Below, piece by piece: positions 59,485-64,000 of a stretch of 64,000 nucleotides of DNA. The position numbers and the translations under genes are program-made. Source of the stretch: an uncultured bacterium (lineage in GTDB: Bacteria; CSSED10-310; CAZUFC01); assembly GCA_964619725.1 (NCBI GenBank), contig CAZUFC010000003.1, forward strand, positions 49,763 to 113,762. The letters run 5' to 3'. Within the stretch, counting starts at the first letter, position 1. The number at the start of each line of letters is the position of its first letter. Under the pieces are notes generated by a model. It had not been told where the DNA came from and did no database searches. It saw only the letters and a list, made by a program, of their open reading frames with translations.

Positions 59485-60060
59485 ATGGTGAAAACGAAAA
59501 ATCTCTGCAAAAAAGAGGAAATCGACAGCATTGAAAAATGCCGGAAAAAACTTTTTTCAAAGCAAAAAGTAAGAACTGACGAACTGGAGGAGGCTATGGT
59601 TTATCTGGCTCACGAAGGTTCGGATGAGGCAGTTTCGCTTTTAAAGGAGTATGGAAAGAATGTGCCGGAGAATTTGAAGTATTTTTACGACTGTGCTTAC
59701 GATGAAGCGGCATATTTTAATTTCGTGGAGAAAACGCAGGACATGAAAATTAAAGTGGAAACGCCCAAAAATTTCAAACCGGAAGAGAACGGGGAGAAAC
59801 TGGAGCAGTTGGAGAGAGACTGTCGTTCCATTGAGGAGCGTCTGGCGGAAAAGGGCATTATCGTTTCATTATGCGAAAAACTGCCGGTTGAGCTGAGGAA
59901 AAAATATGTGGAAAAACTGGATGAATTGCTGAAGGGATTTCGATTTAAATCTGATGGATTCATTCATTTCGACGGCTGTTCCGGATACTGCGAAGAATGT
60001 TTTCAGTTCCAGTGGTGCGATGTTGCTGCAGAAATTATGGGCAGCAGCCGTCTTATGTAG
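59485..60060 (+). CDS. Hypothetical protein with C-terminal four-Cys motif
   Basis: SD GGAGGTG; C-terminal HFDGCSGYCEECFQFQWC. Confidence 0.75.
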   Translation: MVKTKNLCKKEEIDSIEKCRKKLFSKQKVRTDELEEAMVYLAHEGSDEAVSLLKEYGKNVPENLKYFYDCAYDEAAYFNFVEKTQDMKIKVETPKNFKPEENGEKLEQLERDCRSIEERLAEKGIIVSLCEKLPVELRKKYVEKLDELLKGFRFKSDGFIHFDGCSGYCEECFQFQWCDVAAEIMGSSRLM

Positions 60061-60156
60061 TTTTTGTCCATTAACTCGTTCGCGTGCACAGGCGTGCGTG
60101 CGCCGGTTCATTCAGGCTCAAGGTTGAACAGAAAAGAATTAATGAGCGGGGCACTG
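60058..60156. repeat. Short degenerate MITE relative
   Basis: Begins TAGTTTTTGTCCAT (identical to the element terminus); ends TTAATGAGCGGGGCACTG (resembles TTTATGGACAGGCACTA). Confidence 0.45.
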
Positions 60157-60274
60157 ATTAAACGTTTGACTTTTTAAGCTTCGAAGCGCTAAATAAGAAA
60201 AGGTGAAAAGGTCAAATAGTCATTGCAACAAGAGTCGATTTTCAATGAACCGCAAACATCAAAGGAATAAAAAA

Positions 60275-62926
60275 ATGCGAAGAGTATGCATTATTTCTGC
60301 AATTTTGTCGACGTTTTTCGTCGGCGCAGGTATGAGTCGGGGAATAACGCCCGAGACTATAGGAGTCATAATAAATGAAGTTTATTATGATGCGCCGGGG
60401 ACGGATACGGGATATGAGTTTGTCGAATTGTACAACAATGCGCCCGATGCAGTGGATATGACGGGATATGTATTAGCGATGAACGACCGTTATACGTTTG
60501 GAAGTTATGTCCTGCCGGCTTACACGTATGTGGTGATACACAACAACGCCGACGCGCCGGACGAGGAGTTTGATCTTTACACGGGACCGGGTTTCGACAA
60601 TATGGGTGACAGTCACGCCAGCGTGGCGTTGTTTACGGGGGCTCCTGGAAGCAGCACCATAATAGATTTTCTTCAGTATGGGGAAGGCGACGGGGAGACC
60701 TGGGAGTCTGCGGCGGTGAGCGCAGGCATATGGACTGAAGGCGATTACGTGGATGACGTTGAGCCGGGGTATTCGATCAATTTGTACCCTGATCATCAGG
60801 ATAACGATACGCCGGAGGACTGGACGGACTGCATCCCGTCGGCGCATTACAGCAACTGTACGATTGAGCCGACGCCGGAGGGAAGTCCAACGCCGGAACC
60901 GACGATTACGCCGACTCCCACGTCATCGGGAACGCCCGGACCGTCGCCGACGCCTTATATTTATTCGCCAACGCCGTTTCCCACCCCGACACCCTGTATA
61001 TGCGGCGGACTAATCCTGAATGAAGTGATGTGCAACGCCGATGAGAACGACAACGATTTTGTCGAAATCATCAATTGTTCAATGGAAGCCGTCGATGTCG
61101 CTGACCCTCAAGTTTACATATCGGAAGAAGATTCCGACGCTGCGCCCGATAAATTGCTGCCTTTCTATTCAGGCGGAAATACCGTTATTCCGCCTCAGGG
61201 TTTCGGCGTTATATTGGACCCGAATCAGGAAGATTTTTATGACGTTCCTGAAGACGCCGTGCTGTTGAAGACGGATGATGACAGTATAGCGGACGCTAAC
61301 ATCAGTTGTGATGAAGTAATAGTTTTATGTTACGGTGCAACCGGCCAGGAATGCGAGGATTCGATTTTTTCGACATACGGAGGATACAACAGTCCCGCTA
61401 CGGCTCAATCCGTCGAAAGAACCGACCCCTGTGCAGACGATGAACCGGACAACTGGAATAATTCTTCATGCGAACCCTCTTCTACCGGCCGACATTCCAT
61501 AGGAGCTGCCAACTGTCCGCCAGTGGGACTGATTCCGCCGGGTTATTTGAACATTACCGAGGTTTGCCCCAAACCCGGAGAGACGGAAGGCGGAGGAAAT
61601 TGCTCGGAATTTATAGAAATACTTAATTGTTCCGATGAAACGATTGACTTGAGAAACGTTCTGCTGACCGACGGTGAGACTGACGGACCGGACGGACCGC
61701 TTATTTTCAATCTCCTGGTCCCTGTCTATCCGGATGAGAATCCATACCTGGAACCCGGGGAAATGGCCGTAATTCTGCAGGAAAGCTATTTTGAAACCGC
61801 GGATATATTTACCGATGGAGAATACTCCGACACCATCTGTCAGACCGGCACGAAACTTTTAACGACCGATTCCGGTTCTCTGACTAAGAACGGGATGGCC
61901 GAAGCCAATCCCTACCTGCTGTTGAATACGGATTTTTCTCGCATCTCCACTTACCTGTTTCCGGTCTCTCATGAGACGGGCAATTCTATCGAGAGAATCG
62001 ATCTTTGCGGTCCTGATACGGATGGCGCCTGGGCCGTCACTGCAGCCGATCAGCAAAAATGCGGACGCCATTCATGCGGAAGATGGAATACGGTCAGCCC
62101 TCCTGCGCCCTCAGACGCCCCCAGAATACTGATGGGCGGTTACATGGATTCGGAAATCTCGGAAAGATACGGCGGAGTGTTGAACCTGACCGCCATAGCC
62201 ATGGACCCGGACGGAGCTGAAACCATCGATTACATCGATATTCTGTTTTCAGGAATTTCCTATGGCTTCCACATGCCTCTTGTTGAAATTATTCCCCTGG
62301 ATGACATATCTTTTTCCAATATAGCCCTCTATTCGGTCGATTTCGCTGTACCGCCGGGCGCCGCTCCTTCCCATTTTTCCTTTTCGCTGATTCCTTACGA
62401 TGATGAAGGACATGTCGGAATCGAATGGCCATTTTTCCATATTAGGGGTACGGAATCCATTTGTCCTCCCTATAGTTACTCTTTCGCTCCGCCGGAATTC
62501 CACAGCCCGCTTAACTTTTACGCCTGCAGCAGCCAAACTCCCTCTGTCGGAGACGTTCTCTGCGGTTTCTCTGATCCTAAAATCCTCCTGGCCGGATACT
62601 GGACCACTGATTTAAACGCTATAACTTCATGCCGCCTGCAAATGGTCGCTGCCGCTCAACCCGCTCCAGGAAGAAGAATCGTTAAAGTCGAAATCTATTT
62701 TGCAGGATTGCCCACAGGCGTCTGTTTGCAGGATTTCGGCTTCTCTTCGGATGCGGACCTGGAATTCCTCGATGCACCCAACGACAATATCTTCGGCATT
62801 GAAATACCCCTGCAGCCTGGAGACTTGGAATATGAGGAGAATAATAGATATGCCCTGGGACTGGCAGCAGTAGACGATTTAGGAAATAAAAGCGCTATAT
62901 GGCCGCTCAGTCCGATTAATTTCTAA
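60275..62926 (+). CDS. Secreted protein with three lamin-tail domains, Pro/Thr linker and tandem C-terminal repeats
   Basis: Signal peptide; IINEVYYD..EFVELYN, ILNEVMCN..DFVEIIN, NITEVCP..EFIEILN; PTPTP linker; PRILMGGY / PKILLAGY repeats. ORF track start 60203. Confidence 0.85.
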   Translation: MRRVCIISAILSTFFVGAGMSRGITPETIGVIINEVYYDAPGTDTGYEFVELYNNAPDAVDMTGYVLAMNDRYTFGSYVLPAYTYVVIHNNADAPDEEFDLYTGPGFDNMGDSHASVALFTGAPGSSTIIDFLQYGEGDGETWESAAVSAGIWTEGDYVDDVEPGYSINLYPDHQDNDTPEDWTDCIPSAHYSNCTIEPTPEGSPTPEPTITPTPTSSGTPGPSPTPYIYSPTPFPTPTPCICGGLILNEVMCNADENDNDFVEIINCSMEAVDVADPQVYISEEDSDAAPDKLLPFYSGGNTVIPPQGFGVILDPNQEDFYDVPEDAVLLKTDDDSIADANISCDEVIVLCYGATGQECEDSIFSTYGGYNSPATAQSVERTDPCADDEPDNWNNSSCEPSSTGRHSIGAANCPPVGLIPPGYLNITEVCPKPGETEGGGNCSEFIEILNCSDETIDLRNVLLTDGETDGPDGPLIFNLLVPVYPDENPYLEPGEMAVILQESYFETADIFTDGEYSDTICQTGTKLLTTDSGSLTKNGMAEANPYLLLNTDFSRISTYLFPVSHETGNSIERIDLCGPDTDGAWAVTAADQQKCGRHSCGRWNTVSPPAPSDAPRILMGGYMDSEISERYGGVLNLTAIAMDPDGAETIDYIDILFSGISYGFHMPLVEIIPLDDISFSNIALYSVDFAVPPGAAPSHFSFSLIPYDDEGHVGIEWPFFHIRGTESICPPYSYSFAPPEFHSPLNFYACSSQTPSVGDVLCGFSDPKILLAGYWTTDLNAITSCRLQMVAAAQPAPGRRIVKVEIYFAGLPTGVCLQDFGFSSDADLEFLDAPNDNIFGIEIPLQPGDLEYEENNRYALGLAAVDDLGNKSAIWPLSPINF

Positions 62927-63026
62927 GGCTCTATCCAGGAAGCCGGCGATTCATAAATACTGCCGGGCGCCTTCGGCCCGGCCGCACCGGCATCGCTTCA
63001 CGCCAAATCCGTACCTGATAACTATC

Positions 63027-63230
63027 TCGTTTTTGTCCATAAACGGCGAATTTTTCCCAATACTGCGTCAGTCTTCGGATTTGCTCAGTCAAAGTATAAG
63101 CGCCGCCCCTGCCTCGCAAATCATTACCATCCTTGTCTTAAGAAAAATTCGCTCGTTTATGGATCAAAAACCGCAGTGACTGTCCAGCACTAAATTTTGA
63201 ATCGAGAATCGAGTTTATGGACAGGCACTA
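63027..63230. mobile_element. ~204-bp MITE-like repeat, copy 2 (inverted relative to copy 1)
   Basis: Reverse complement aligns end to end with 10196-10399 with scattered substitutions. Confidence 0.85.
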
Positions 63231-63311
63231 TCTCGTTTTTGGATCAAAAACCGCAGTGACTGTCCAGCATTAAATTTTGAATCGACAATCGAGTTTATGG
63301 ACAGGCACTAT
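63152..63311. repeat. 80-bp tandem duplication of the MITE end
   Basis: 63152-63231 and 63232-63311 are near-identical (CTCGTTT.TGGATCAAAAACCGCAGTGACTGTCCAGCA...GGACAGGCACTAT). Confidence 0.88.
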
Positions 63312-63404
63312 CTCGCTTGTGCAACAGAAGTTTACGCTTGAAAAGCTATACCAGTTTCTAATCACAAAATGAAACTTATATTCAATTGATTCCCGGGAAT
63401 GTCC

Positions 63405-63962
63405 TTAAGACTTGGGCGATGCCTCTTTTTCCTCTTCAATCGGCAATTTTATGCCTAATTTCTTCAAATCGGACTTTTTTAAATTTTCCAGAAGGTCCTC
63501 GTCTTCCTCCGCCTTCTTTTTTAATTCGGGCTCAATCTCGAAGGCTTGCGAAAGAAACTGCTTGACTTTGCGGCGGCTTCCGCCGACAGCATGCAAGCAG
63601 GCAAGATCATATTGGATTTCCGCATTGCTTTCATCCAATTTGACGGCCTTCTCCAGATACTTGATAGCCTGATCCAAATCGGAATGGTTATAGGCGTCGA
63701 TTCCTAGCTGGTGGAGTTCCTCCGGGTCGTTCGATCTGATTTTTTTCTTTTTTTCAGGATGGATATACTTTGAAAGATAAATGTTGGCCCGGTTGACTAT
63801 GTCCAATTGCGCCGCGTATTTCTTCTGGATTCTCAGAAACTCGGTTTCTGCTTCCTCATGCTTACCTTCCTGAAGGAGAGTTACCGCATGATCGAATTCC
63901 TGGAAGGCTTTTTTTCTCCGTTCCGGTACGTTTTTTTTTCTTGATGCCTTGGTTTCAGTCAT
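63405..63962 (-). CDS. TPR-repeat protein
   Basis: LGIDAYN...AIKYLEKAVKLD...YDLACLHA...A.E.EP..K..A..D.DL (TPR plus terminal cap); ATG 63962 preferred over TTG 63986. Confidence 0.8.
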   Translation of the reverse strand: MTETKASRKKNVPERRKKAFQEFDHAVTLLQEGKHEEAETEFLRIQKKYAAQLDIVNRANIYLSKYIHPEKKKKIRSNDPEELHQLGIDAYNHSDLDQAIKYLEKAVKLDESNAEIQYDLACLHAVGGSRRKVKQFLSQAFEIEPELKKKAEEDEDLLENLKKSDLKKLGIKLPIEEEKEASPKS

Positions 63963-64000
63963 ATGCTGCCCTTTCTTCAAACTCAAAACCGGCGAGAAGA

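Noticed and set aside
63152-63311. Two direct repeats as a mini-CRISPR
   Set aside because: Contiguous 80-bp duplication of a MITE end with no spacer.

Overview
64-kb chromosomal window (roughly mid-40s % GC by eye) from a diderm bacterium, probably a poorly characterised or candidate lineage. No prophage, transposase, CRISPR array or rRNA is visible. Recognisable core content: tRNA-Phe(GAA), trxB, a stand-alone clpX, a pilB-pilT-pilC-pilS-pilR type IV pilus operon, an HK/Rcp1-like RR pair, a DUF362/4Fe-4S pair, several glycosyltransferases, four radical-SAM enzymes (three B12-binding) and many secreted modular proteins (collagen-like, Big_5/lamin-tail, Zn-phospholipase C). Most interesting observations: (1) a three-gene sigma54 cassette in which a 1769-aa Ser/Thr kinase-ATPase-TPR-GAF-sigma54 activator lies directly upstream of a well-formed -24/-12 promoter in front of an 85-aa exported acidic peptide, followed by a catalytically degenerate, HTH-less pseudo-activator (candidate peptide-signalling circuit with a built-in anti-activator); (2) two adjacent genes sharing a single-repeat TolC-like C-terminal domain, one fused to a ComEA DNA-binding domain and one to a beta-propeller (candidate DNA-handling outer-membrane channel); (3) an apparent saw-tooth local GC skew that jumps from C-rich to G-rich at promoter regions regardless of gene orientation; (4) a 72% Asp/Glu protein in frame with, and one TGA away from, a B12 radical-SAM gene; (5) a shared lineage-type C-terminal domain on unrelated secreted proteins; (6) a ~200-bp MITE-like repeat family. 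All calls come from motif recognition by eye; no database searches were run.
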